A stretch of 63,521 nt of DNA, filler included, from Reclinomonas americana ATCC 50394 (Eukaryota): NCBI GenBank assembly GCA_048213135.1. It is 6 parts of 4 records of this genome, joined end to end, with 100 filler letters (N's around TTAATTAATTAA, not from the genome) between each part and the next. Parts side by side here need not be neighbours in the genome. Positions count along the whole stretch, not along the records: positions 1 to 11,743 come from PS015119.1; positions 11,844 to 18,292 come from PS015119.1; 4 more parts are not named here. One strand, 5' to 3'. Position numbers and translations under genes: made by a program. Position 1 is the stretch's first letter. The number at the start of each line of letters is the position of its first letter. Under the pieces are notes generated by a model. That model had not been told where the DNA came from and ran no database searches. It was given only the letters and a program-made list of their open reading frames with translations. Below are positions 1 through 11,950 of the stretch, piece after piece.

Positions 1-177
1 TCGCGCAGACGCGCGTTCGTGCGTTCGTGTGTGTGACAGCGTGTGTGTGTGTATAAGAGAGAGTGTGTGTGCATCAGTGTTGTGCACACGGTGAACCGGT
101 GACTACCGGAAAAAAACCGCCAAACCACATTGTGTGTTGCGTTTGCGAGAGAAGAACAAGAGGACACAAAAGGGAGA

Positions 178-1389
178 ATGGCAGCGGCTACGGAAACGCG
201 TATTTCTGTGGTCATACCACCCGCCAGCAAGAGCGGCAAGGTAAACATGATTGATGATGATGATCATTGAGAGCGTAATCGGACGACGACGACTGATGAT
301 TGTGCGCTTGTCTGTGTGTATAGAACACTGGTGGGAAGAGCACGCGGTTGAGTGAGCCGACAGCGTCATCATCAATGAAGAACCGCGACAAGGTTCTGCT
401 GGAGGCCTTTGTCAACCCGGCAGCGGCCGCCGAGGCAACACGTGCATCGACACCGTCGCCTGCGCCTCCGCCAGCTGCCGTCCGACGCGCAGCGCGTGCA
501 GTGGTCGCCGCCTCCAGCAAGACCAAGGTGCCGGCAGTGGGCGCATCGAAGACGGGCGGCGCTGCTGGTGCTGCTGCGGCGCCACCAGCCGCTGACAAGG
601 GATCGTCATCGTCGCCGACTGCTGCTGGTGGTGGGAAGAAGAAGCGCGACAGCACAGGATCGGTGACGGTCAGTGCGCCTGTGGTGCAGCGTGTGGGATC
701 GACCACGACGGTGAGCATTGTCGTGTCGCCGACGGGCAGCAACGGCAAGTCCAAGAGCAAGAAGGCCGGTGGCAAGAAGGCGGGCGGCGGCAAGACGGCC
801 AAGAAGAGCGGCAAGAGCGGCAAGCGAGCGGGCAAGCAGCCGGCGGAGGGCTCCGATATTGAGGAGGAGTACTGGGCCGATGGCGGCCACTCGGATGAGG
901 ATGAGGAGGTGGAGGAGGAGATTGATATGGGCACGGAGACGGATTTGAGGCAGGTGCTGGGCAGCTTTGGGCGGGATCTGCACACGGTGGGCAGAGGTGC
1001 TGGTGCCGGTCGCGGCGCAGGCGCCACAAGAGGNNNNNNNNNNNNNNNNNNNNNNNNNNNNNNNNNNNNNNNNNNNNNNNNNNNNNNNNNNNNNNNNNNN
1101 NNNNNNNNNNNNNNNNNNNNNNNNNNNNNNNNNNNNNNNNNNNNNNNNNNNNNNNNNNNNNNNNNNNNNNNNNNNNNNNNNNNNNNNNNNNNNNNNNNNN
1201 NNNNNNNNNNNNNNNNNNNNNNNNNNNNNNNNGGCGCGTGGTGGGCGAGCTGGTGGCGGTGGAGATTCGTATGATGGAGGGGAGGAATCGGGTGTTTCAA
1301 GTAGTACCGAGTCGGATGTTCCGGAGGAGATTGGCGGGCTCGACAGCCCAGTGGGCGACATTGAAGTGTCGCCGTATTACACGCACTAA
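178..1389 (+). CDS. Hypothetical low-complexity protein (Ala/Ser/Lys/Gly-rich, acidic patch); interrupted by an N gap
   Basis: ATG at 178; the G|GTAAAC...TAG intron 241-323 joins exon 1 in frame to ORF 348-1033. Probable stop is TAA at 1387-1389 after the gap. No recognisable domain. Confidence 0.5.
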
Positions 1390-1571
1390 TGATATGAATG
1401 TACAATCAGCGCAAAAAATAGTGACATGCCTTTACGAAAGCAAAAGGAGAGAGAGAGAAAGGGACGAGTAGTTTTCTTTTGTGTCGAGACACAGCAGATC
1501 GCACGTTAACCACGGCGGCAAACAGAGTCATCACACACACACACGCGGGGGAGGAAATGAATGGATCGCAC

Positions 1572-3215
1572 TTAGAACCATGGTGCGTCGCCCGACGAGC
1601 CCGTGGTTGTCTCCGACGCTCGCAGCGTGCACGACTTGCGCATGCTGTGGTCGAGGCCGTCGATCGAGTCGCTCTCGTTCAGCTCCTGCAGCAGTGCCTC
1701 CAGCGAGTCGGGCATGATCTCGCGTGCAATCCGCGCACGCATGGCCGCACTCAGGCCGCCCTCACCGTCGTCCTCCTCGTCGTCATCGTCATCGTCGTCG
1801 TCGTGCACATCACCGGCCATGGGTGGGCTCGAGGTGGGCACATAGTCGCCCGAATCGTCCTCTTCGTCGTCACAATCGTCACCGTCCATGTCCGGCATGG
1901 CGCTGGCGCCGCCGCCAAACACCATCGGGAACACGTCGGCGTTGCCCTTGACCACCACGTCCGCCCACGAGCGCCGTGCAGCCGCCGAGGCAGTGCTGCC
2001 GGCGCTGGCCTTGGCTACGACCACCGCAGCGGTGGTGGCCGTAGTCGTAGTTGTTGTCGTCGTCGTCGTCGTGGTCTTGCTCACGCCAATCATGGACATG
2101 ACGGCCGTCGACGGCAAGTGACGCGCATACATTGGCGGCATCACCGGCATGGTGGTCACCGGCGGCAAGTCCACGTCGCCGCTCTCCAGCTCATCACCCG
2201 CCTCGTCCGCTTCGCACTCCTCCATCGACATGTCCAGTCGCTTCCGACGAGACGACGACGACGGATCCGAGGCCGTGGACGACGCCACCGAGAGCGCATC
2301 GCCATCCTGCTGGGTCGACACGGTCACCACAGGTCGCTCAGTGCTGCCGTCAAAGTTGTCCCACCTGCACACACACACGCACACCGCCCAGGCAAGCATG
2401 AGTTTTCGAAAATCAGTTCTGCACCGCAGCAATGGACAACTCGCGCAACTTGTGCATCTCGCGTCGCCACTTCTTGACCAGCCCGTCCCAGCAGCGCTTG
2501 CTGATGTTCAAGTACATATCCGGCGTCCACAGATCACCACGACGGCGGTTGCGCCTGCAGCATCAAAATGCCACATGAGCGACCGAAGAGAGAAGAAAGA
2601 AACCCTTACACATGCACTCACTTGGGCACGTATTGCCGGTAAATCTCATAAGCACGCGTGTTCTTTCCATAATCCACTTGCTTTTGCCGTTGATCAATGC
2701 GCCGTTGCCAGACGGGATCCTTCAGTTCATCAGCCGTCAAGCGCGGCGCTGCACACAAGAGTTAAGGTGACTCAGCAAAAACCCCCGCCAAAAAATATCG
2801 CGAGGCAAACCCCCCTCACTTTCACATCACAGATGTACCACCCACACACAGAGACACAAGCACAACACAGCACAGACGTGTAGTGCACATACTCCTCGTG
2901 TGTGCAAGTGTGTCAGAGAGACAACGCGCGGGAAACTCTGTTTGCTCTCCTCTTCCCCTCCCCCCTTCTCTCTCTCCTTCTCCTCGCCCACTCACCTCTC
3001 TTGCGCTTTGGCTTCTCCTCTGCGCCACCCAGAGGCGGTGCTTGTGTGGGCGGTGCGGCGACCAGCTCGGGCGGAGTGAACATGGTCGAGTCGTCATCGA
3101 GTGCGGCTCCAGTCTCCGTGGAGGAGGAGGCAGAGGAGGGATGCTCTGGAGTGCGTGCGTAGGGCTTGGTGCGGCGATTCTCGCCAATCAAGGTCGGGCG
3201 CTCGTCACGTGGCAT
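1572..3215 (-). CDS. SLBP: Histone mRNA stem-loop binding protein
   Basis: Spliced exons at about 2750-2623, 2554-2450 and 2364 onward read RIDQRQKQVDYGKNTRAYEIYRQYVPK-RNRRRGDLWTPDMYLNISKRCWDGLVKKWRREMHKWD. This matches the SLBP RNA-binding domain (RQKQIxYGKNT..Y; TP..SxRxWD..WR..H.WD). Acidic C-terminal tail, stop at 1572. Confidence 0.88.
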
Positions 3216-3471
3216 AGTTTGTGCGCAGATGAGAAGCACGGAGGAACGACAGGAAGAAGAGAGAGAGAGAGAGAGGGCGGGTGTGTGCGATGTGTGTGAA
3301 GGGGTGAGGAAGGGAGAGAGAGAGAGAGCGAGAGAGTGGGAGGATCTATCGGTGGAAGAACCCTTTCCCTCTCGCCTATAATCGAATGTGTTTGCGCGGG
3401 AGATTAGCGAGCTCGACGACGGGACGGAGGGACGAACGCGGGATTGTTGTATTTCGATTGATGAAGGCCTC

Positions 3472-6400
3472 TCAGTTGTGCCTCGTGCGCTTTTGAGGCG
3501 GTTGGTCTGAATGTCGGAAGCGAGGCGATGAGTGTCAACGGTGCACGAATGGAAACCCAGCAGAACGCAACTTGGAGGCGGAGCATCGGCATGGCGCCGT
3601 CGGGTCATTGGCGGTTGCGATGATTGGGACGGAGCGGCAGCTGATCGCGTCGCCGGCGGGGCCGAGGTTGGTGCTGGCGGCGGCGGCGGAGGTTGGCGCC
3701 TTGGGTGAGCTGGAGCTGCAGCCGGAGGCGGAGGTTGGCGCCTTGGGTGAGCTGGAGCTGCTGCCGGAGGCGGGAGCATAGCAGCAGCCGGAGCAGGAGG
3801 TGGCGGTGGAGGCGGAGCCGAAGCCGGAGCTGGACCAGGGGCGGCAATAGCCGGTGGAGGGGGAAGGCATTGCGGATCGATGCCGACCTCGGACAGCCGC
3901 TGAGCCCACTCTGCGTGCTTTGCGTGGCGGACGGTCTGCGGCAACAAGCACGAGACGCGTGAGTGAACCGCACGCGCGCACAATTGCGCCAGAGACACAT
4001 TGGCGTACCACAAGCTCATGGAGTCGCCCCGCGTTCTCCTGTTGCAGCTCAGCCAGTCGCAGCACTTCACTCAGCTTGTTCATCTGGACGGACACAAAAG
4101 AGGTGGTGATGCACAGGAAAACACTGGTCAATAGGAAACCATGCACACTCACGCGTGAGGCCTCCTCCAGCAAGCGCTTGCCGGACGCTGTGGCCAACAA
4201 CACACGCCGCATCTGCGATGGCTGCTGTGGACCGCGATCAACGTTCCGCACCAGCGCAAGCACGTCTTCGGCCATCAGCCTATTGACTTTGAGAGTGCCC
4301 TTGTCAACAATCGGCCTGGGCGGTGCAGCATATTCCAGCCCTCGACTATTCATGATGAACGGAGCATCACGGTGGCGCTGCAAGCAGCCAAAACTGCAGT
4401 CACACAGAGATATCTCGACCGGTGAGTCACACGCAAAAGAAGCCGAAACAAAAAACCATCTGCTGAGCACGCCAACGCACGTGGTACTGATGCCATAGGT
4501 CTTCTCGAACTCGTCCATTTGTTCCTTGGTGTCCCACAGCAAGAGACCGCTAATCAAGTTGAACATGACCTGTAGTGCTCGTCAGTCGCTGTCAAGGCCG
4601 AATGGCACACGAAAAAATCACTCACCTGCACCAGTCGCAGACTGCGCGGCGGTTCGAGAAGCTCATAGATGAGATGATTGACTGCGAACGAGCTACCGGC
4701 AATCTCGCGGTTGTCGATCATCGGGCGAATGGAACCAGAAGGATCAGGCATAAAGTCTGCACGGGCAGAGAATTTTAGTCCCGGATGGAGGTTGCCGCAT
4801 TCGACGCGTAAAGAAGTGCACGCAACTTTTCCTGTGTGGCACCCATTTGAACTTGATGCCAAAGTCGTCAGTGATGCACGCATTCGGAATCTGCGACTGG
4901 AGCATGTGCGCTATCGACTCAAACTTCAGGAACGACAGATTCTGTACACAGCGACATTCGCGTCAGTCAATCCACACACGCACACACACACGCACACAGA
5001 GAGCGATCAACAGGCACGGGGAGGCAACCTACCGGACTGTATCCCCTCGCCTTGATCGCTTCCACTTGCGACTTTTTCTCCACAATAATGGCGCGAATGA
5101 ACTGCCCAATGTGACTGGAAATGACCCAACCAACTCGTGAATCCAGCACCGTTGCCGACTGCAGTGCAGTGAGGAGGAGATGGATGCCGTGTGGAAATCA
5201 ATGCAAGTCACTCACCAGTCCCACAACATGCAGCACTCCTTCACACTCATGTCGCATCCGAGGCAAAATGTTCTCCAGCTCCTGTGTTGAGGAGCAGGAT
5301 GATGCCCCCGCCGTCGCCGTGGCTCTGCAGGCACAAATTACTTACCGCCAGCGGCCGCATAGGATCGTGATCCAGCACCGACACAGCTCTCCGAATGTCG
5401 AGCTCCGGCAGACGTCTCCGCTCAATCACCTCTCTGACATCGTTCCGTGGCTCCGGCAACGAGTGCTTCAACTCAACGAGCGCCCGGTCAACGCTCTCAC
5501 AATCACGTCGCAGGCGACTGAGATTGGCGTCCACTTCCCGCTGCTCCGTCAGTACGTACTCGCAGATTTGTCGCTGCCGATTCTTCTCCTGGGCCTCAAT
5601 CTCTGCGCAACAAGATTCAATAACACACCAAGACGACATTCCCTCCATCAATCCGCACGCAACGGCCAGGAATGAACACCGTCACTGATTTAGACTCCAG
5701 CGTCTGCTGACGCTGTGAACCATCCTCGAGCGACATCTTGAGCGCCAAGCAGGCGGTGGCACTGCGACTCTGCTGGTGATCGGAGTGCAAGTGGAGAGTG
5801 CCTGCTACGGCCGACGGCGATAACCATGCCGTATCTTCGCACACAATCTACGACGCACCATCAGATGGAAGTGCTCTTCGGTAAGCAACGTGTTGCCTTC
5901 CACTCACCGGTTCAGCAGAAAACTCGCTGATGCGGAAGCTTATCTCTGCCGACACTACGTGCTTGCACATCCTGAAACGAACAAGCACGCAGGAGTGAGA
6001 AAGCGTGTACAGTCGCCTCGCGTGAATAAACAATTGGGTGCGCCACGAAACGAGGGATGCGGGCATTGTGTGATATTGTCAAACTCGTCCATCAGCACAA
6101 CTGACACGCGACTCGCACTGTTGTGCTCCATGAGCACACACTCCACCAGCTCCAAGAAGCTGCAGTACACACATTTTAGTGCCCACACATTCGCACAAGC
6201 AAACGCACATCTCCAGGCATGCTCGTACACAACTGACTGCCACGTTCATCTGCAATCTTGACGTAGTGGGGCGGACCTGTGCGCATGCAGGGTGCACTGA
6301 ATCAGCAGGACCGCTGGTGTGGAGAAGAATTGCACACTCACGCACCGGGAATAAAGTCAGCGTGGGCGCGGCATGCAACATCCGGATGCATGGCGAGTGC

Positions 6401-9400
6401 AAAGTCGGCAAACACGCGCCGTCTCGATCCAGTCACCCGCGTGATGCAATTGTTGAAGGTGACCAGCAGCGCTGTGCACATATGTCGAGGCATTTGTCAG
6501 CAGCTGGGAGGGGAAACCCCAAAAAACACATGGAGGATTGATTACACAGACCGCCTTGCGATTCATCAACTGTCAGCGACCACGGCGGCATTGCGCCCAT
6601 CTGAGTGGTGAGCTCGGGCGAGTTCGAAGTGACAACCAGTGTCGCCTCCATCGCATGGTGATGCGGCTTTTGGTCCTCGTCCAGTACGACCAGCTGCGCA
6701 CACGTACATGTCGATAAGAACAAGCAGCCCGGCTGTGAGGCAGAAATGTAAGCGCAGCGAGCGCACCTTGCAAGTCGGGAACGTCGAACCGGCCTGGACG
6801 GCCTCTTCGCCAAAATCGACTACCTTCAAGAACGCGGGACCAGACGAGCGCGTCTTGTGAACGACAATCTGCCATCGTACGCGCCATGAGCCCGCAGCAG
6901 CGCACCATGAACAATCGAAACAATGATTGCACCTCACGAGAGCACTTGGTGCCTTGAATGATAAACGAGCAGTCGTTGGTGACTTTGTTCAGCGCCAGAG
7001 TCTTCTCGGCCACCGGATTTTGCGCTGCGGGCACAGTACGTCTAAGTCGCCAACAAAGACCAGAAAACAATACCCCCAATCGTGTGGCGTACCGTTGAGA
7101 CCAAACTTCTGGTCGACGAAGCGCGACTGCGGTTGTGACGGTGGCTGGTGCGACGATGATGCTTGTGACCCTCGAGTGACCCTCCCTTTTGTCTCCGAGG
7201 CATCTTCCTGCAGTCGAATGGTCACTTGGGCTACAAAGCGGGCCACGAGAGTGTCAGAAATCCATCCGCCAGTTACGAGGTGCTACACGTGCGTGGAAAG
7301 ACGTAACGATCAGTAGCAAAGTTGCCGGCCTCGTCCTTCATGGAGACGCGAATTTCGCGATGCCACGGCCTGCCTGATTCCGCAAAAATGTGGATCTGTT
7401 CGTTGGCAGCCGACGAAACAATCTCCTGGGAACATGAATACGACACAGAGACTCATCAGCATGCACACAAAAAACAAAATAAACGCACACGCTACCGCAG
7501 CTGGGTTACGCACCTCAGAATCGCCAACAAATGCAATTTCGATCACACGGGGTTCCCCTGTGGGATAAATAATAAGTTGCCGCGATCAACAGCACAAAAC
7601 AAGGAGACCCTGCGTCAATCTACAAACCTGGCACCAACGAAAAGCCGCGCGTTTGAACTTCAGCATCCTGCATCCACACAAAGTGCTCGTAAGGGCAAAC
7701 AAAACAAGAAGAGTCACTCATCCAACAAAGCACAAAAACACACCGAGCCGCGTACGTATGCGCTGCAATCGACGCGTCGAGTTTGCTGACCACTCAAGTA
7801 AAGCGGCCTTGCGCGGCAATTGAACTGGATAAATCCATCCTTTCCAGCAACCGGCTGACCCAGGATTTGCACGTTGGAGTCTGCGTCGAACTCCACTACG
7901 ACTGTGTCGGGCAGCAACTTGTTCGGGGCTATCGTGTTTCCAAACTCGTCGGTCACCTGCCACCAACTGGCATGTGAGTGCTGCTGGTGGTTGAGAAAGG
8001 CAATTGACGACTGGCCGCCAAATCACCTCCGCCTTGACAGCGAAATCGGTACCCAGTTGAACGATCTGCGGCACCATGCATCGCTTGACAGTCGTCGGCT
8101 CTCCCACCACCGTGAACACCGACACATGCTCGTCACGAGATCTGTCACCGCTGTCCATGGTGATAACCAGCGGAACTTTCTCTGCTCCAGCCTGCACGAC
8201 AAAACCCCACCGCCGTTCGCAGTTAGCGACACGCTCACAAGTCAACCCAGCAGCAACTGCATTGCACGAACCGTCTTTGGCAACGTGATGGTGATCTCAC
8301 AGATGCCTTTTACACTGTCGACACGTCGATGGCCCGGAGCGGAGACGGTGAACTGTGTCGACACGGTCGCACGTCAGCAGACGAGACGGCACACGCAAGC
8401 GGAAGCAAACTTCTTGTACTCCTCGCCTTTTCGTTCAGAGGAACTCCTTTCTCGCCAAGCAGTCGCACCGAACATCTGACCCCCGTATTCGCCAGACCCC
8501 ACAATACGAACTGCGACAAGTCCACACCACTCGCGCCAAGCGGCGGAAGCGGATCGATGGGTGTCACTCGCACAGTGGAAATGAGGCGCGCGAGTTGAGC
8601 AGTGGCGCGGACACTTGGATCATGGCTGAGCTCAAATACGAGAGTGGCATGTCCATAGTACGATGAGACCAGCTGCGTGCGAGCAAAAACCACTCCGATT
8701 AGTGCGTGTGTCGCATGGGAACGCCATCACGACTCGTCAAGTGCAACACCAACCGGAATATCATCCTCCGATATCGTGTATCGACCCCCTTCCACTTGCA
8801 GAGTGATGCGGCCTTTCACCATTGGTCGTCCGTGCACTACCACACTTGTGCTGCACATCACGGGACTCCCCGTCTCATCAAGAACCTGGCAGCAGTAGCA
8901 GCGACTTAGTATCCAGCACGCACGCACATACACACGCGCGCGCACATACACACACACACACACTCACACACACACACACATACACACACCTCGACTTCCA
9001 GCGGATCGTGAATACGAGTGCCGTCGTACACCGTGACGCTGTTTGTGGAGAGACGGATGGCGACAGGCAGTCCTGCGCGAGTCGGGTACATGTGATGAGT
9101 CTACTTGCCAACAACAGAGACCAAGGACAGGCGCATTACCTGGAACAAGAGCGGTCCCCACGCCAGCCTTTTTGTTTTCCGATCCAAACGCCACAATGAG
9201 ACGAGCCTCTCCGTACACCATCGGTGAGGCTACACACGTAGCACAAGTCAGCGAGACAATTCAGGCTCTCCGAAACCAGCCAACACAACGCAACGCTCTC
9301 CGTCGCCCTCGAATCGGCCGTGCGGCGTGACCTTGAGTCGCACGCTCGCCACTCCCTTGTCCTCGAATTCTTCCATTTCGCACGAGCTGTCAATGGTGCG

Positions 9401-10361
9401 TTTCTGCAACATGCGCCAACAGGTAAGAAGGGAGGCGTGCATGTGGTGGCGACACATCATCGCACCGATGCATTGCGGAAGCACACTCGTTTCAGGTCGG
9501 CCGAGCTGACGGGAGTGGCGTTGCCGAACTTGTCGCGCCCACTGATTAGGTAGACACGCGAGGATCCCACCGGCCACTCGGCTTCGTAGTTGCCGGCTGG
9601 AGAGCGCACGCTCAACTCGCAGAGATCGCCTGAGCAGAGCGAGTAAGCAGTGTGACACTCGCAGTAACAGTCGCACAGCGGCACATCATCGTACCTGGCT
9701 CCACTTGGACGATAAACGAAAACTCGCTGAGCTCTGCCGATACCGGAGCCGAGATGCAGAATGTGTAAGTTCCACTCTTCTCGAGTGGCACACTCGAACC
9801 CGAAAAGTCGGCAAACTTGTAGCTCTTGTTCTTCGAGTTCTTGGCCCTCTTCCAGTCCTGTGTGCACCAGTAAGAATGCGTTAAAACAGGAGACACCCGA
9901 CGCAGCGACGCAACAATTGCCCGTCCTCCACCGGCCGGTTGGAAACTGATCACGAGCTCGGCATTGAAGTGCGCCGCCTCGCATACCTGTCACGTGACGA
10001 GCGGGGTGGGTGCTTGCATCGAAAAGTAACGCAATAAAAAACAATACAAACCGTGCCATTCCTCGTCACAGAGACGATGCGCAGCCAGTCCCACGGCACC
10101 ACAAAGCCGGCTCTGCGGATCATGGGCGTCGTCAAATCGTGTTCCACCAATTCGTCCACATTCGCTTCGGCCAGCACCTGCATCGCGTGCGGTCAGCAGA
10201 GTGGCTGAGGGCCAGCATACGAAACGAGACGCAAGCACCTCGGGGGCCATCTTCAAGACGGTGTCATTGTCGGCAACAGACAGGGTGTGCGCCTCCCAGA
10301 ACTCTCGATTGCGCACGATGCTTGCCAGCCGCGACGGCCGTTTGTCAAGCTCCGCTTCCCT

Positions 10362-10420
<59 letters not shown>

Positions 10421-10540
10421 GCCGACAACGCACTNNNNNNNNNNNNNNNNNNNNNNNNNNNNNNNNNNNNNNNNNNNNNNNNNNNNNNNNNNNNNNNNNN
10501 NNNNNNNNNNNNNNNNNNNNNNNNNNNNNNNNNCGCTCCT

Positions 10541-10598
<58 letters not shown>

Positions 10599-11743
10599 TC
10601 CGCCAAGCATCGTGCACACACAAACGCGACGGACACGCAACATTTTCTTCTCGACTGCATTGACTTTGAACGGACCAAAGTTTGTCGCCTTGACGGCCAC
10701 TCCACCTCGCAGAGGCTCAAACACCACGGAGAGCTCTCGCGGCTGCGCTTGCGCCTGCAACACTTCGGCGGTGGCGGTAGACAACGTGCGCAAGCTACGA
10801 ATGTCCTCGCATTCGACCAGCATCACAACTGCGGAACGAGGTAAGACACAGTGTGACCATCATCAACATAGGCACAGCAACAATAATGAGCCGCAACGCT
10901 GCGAGTCCTCGTCGACATCCATCGCATCTTCGCGGCCTCGGTCGACAAAGCCGGCAATCATGAAAAACTTCTTGTCGGCCTCCAGCCAGATACAGTCCTT
11001 GAGCGCAAACCTCGTGCCGTAGATCATCGCCCCAGCGTACATCATGTCGAGGCCGTGCACTTTGCGATGAGCCAGGTCGAACTTGACCTGTCGTGCACCG
11101 CAACGCAACGTGCGTGAGCACAAACTCCAATACATGTGACATGGCGGCGGAGGAGCAGACGGAGCGCAACATCCTGATCGAGTCTGCGAGACACGCGACC
11201 GATCCAGTCGGCGATGCGTGCAGTGAGGTCCTTTGGAGCGATCTTCTCGCTCTCCACACGCCCACTGCGAATCGTCACGCCGCTGATTTTGGCGTGCTTG
11301 GTCAGGCGCACTTCACAGCCCTTGAACTTTGCATCGTGCAATGCCATGTTAAATGGATGCAGTGGCTCGAGAACATTCTTGTTCTGCTGCGGAGCAAAGT
11401 TCTCGTCCTGCACACCACGACACGTGAGTGAGAGCGAGAGAGAGAGAGAGAGAGAAAGCATCAACAATGCGCTCACCAAAAAGAGAGTTCCACGAATGCG
11501 GCTGTAGATGCGGTGCGAGAAGGCACGGACCGGAAACGCCCAGGGGAAGTTGCGCGAGCACTTTTCGCCGGGCAGCAGCCGGCCCATCCAGCGCACATCG
11601 AAGCCCGAGAGGTAGTCGCCAGTGATTGGGTCCATTGGCATGGTCTCCACGCCAGCGCGTGCGGGGAAGTAGCGCAAGACGACCTGCGTGCATATCGGTT
11701 AATATGCAAGGGCGCGTTTGACGCACATCCGCACCACATATCA
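3472..11743 (-). CDS. SMCHD1: SMCHD1/GMI1-like protein (transducer, BAH-like, Ig-like spacer, SMC hinge); 5' end lost at the scaffold break
   Basis: LRYFPARAGVETMP..FDVRWMGRLLP..FPW..YSRIRGTLFL|DENFAPQQNK resembles SMCHD1 IRYHP..[49 protein letters not shown] resembles EDEMARLPDRL. C-terminal coiled coil plus hinge: GVLHVVGL|SATVLDSRVGWVISSHIGQFIRAIIV..FAVNHL..VMFNLISGLLLWDT. Ends PPQKRTRHN* at 3472. Confidence 0.82.
10364..10596. repeat. (CA)n microsatellite tracts flanking an N gap, inside an intron of the SMCHD1-like gene
   Basis: Two long perfect CA runs either side of the gap. Confidence 0.9.
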
Positions 11744-11843
11744 NNNNNNNNNNNNNNNNNNNNNNNNNNNNNNNNNNNNNNNNNNNNTTAATTAATTAAN
11801 NNNNNNNNNNNNNNNNNNNNNNNNNNNNNNNNNNNNNNNNNNN
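11744..11843. other. Artificial scaffold linker (N44-TTAATTAATTAA-N44)
   Basis: Identical 100-nt block with stops in all six frames; it truncates the SMCHD1-like gene. Confidence 0.97.
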
Positions 11844-11950
11844 GCTGCGCCTGGGCTCTTGCTCCCGCCTTTCGCCGCCTGCTGCCCGAGGTAAAGGCGA
11901 CGAAGAGTGTCACTCGTGCGCATGCAAGTGATATGGTTTACGGTGGGACT

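Noticed and set aside
241-323. TGATGA and CTGA boxes in the first intron suggesting a C/D snoRNA
   Set aside because: Boxes are only about 40 nt apart within a GAT/GAC microsatellite-like tract, with no terminal stem or recognisable guide.
3687-3772. 42-bp tandem duplication near the SMCHD1-like 3' end
   Set aside because: An in-frame duplication in a Pro-rich disordered tail (PPPAAAPAHPRRQP twice); ordinary slippage.
4500-9900. Lower-GC region with fragmented ORFs suggesting a transposon or endogenous virus
   Set aside because: It resolves into short exons of the SMCHD1-like gene with normal introns; no transposase, integrase, RT or capsid motifs seen.
11788-11799. TTAATTAATTAA motif recurring five times
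   Set aside because: Always centred in identical 100-nt N blocks; an assembly linker with six-frame stops, not biology.
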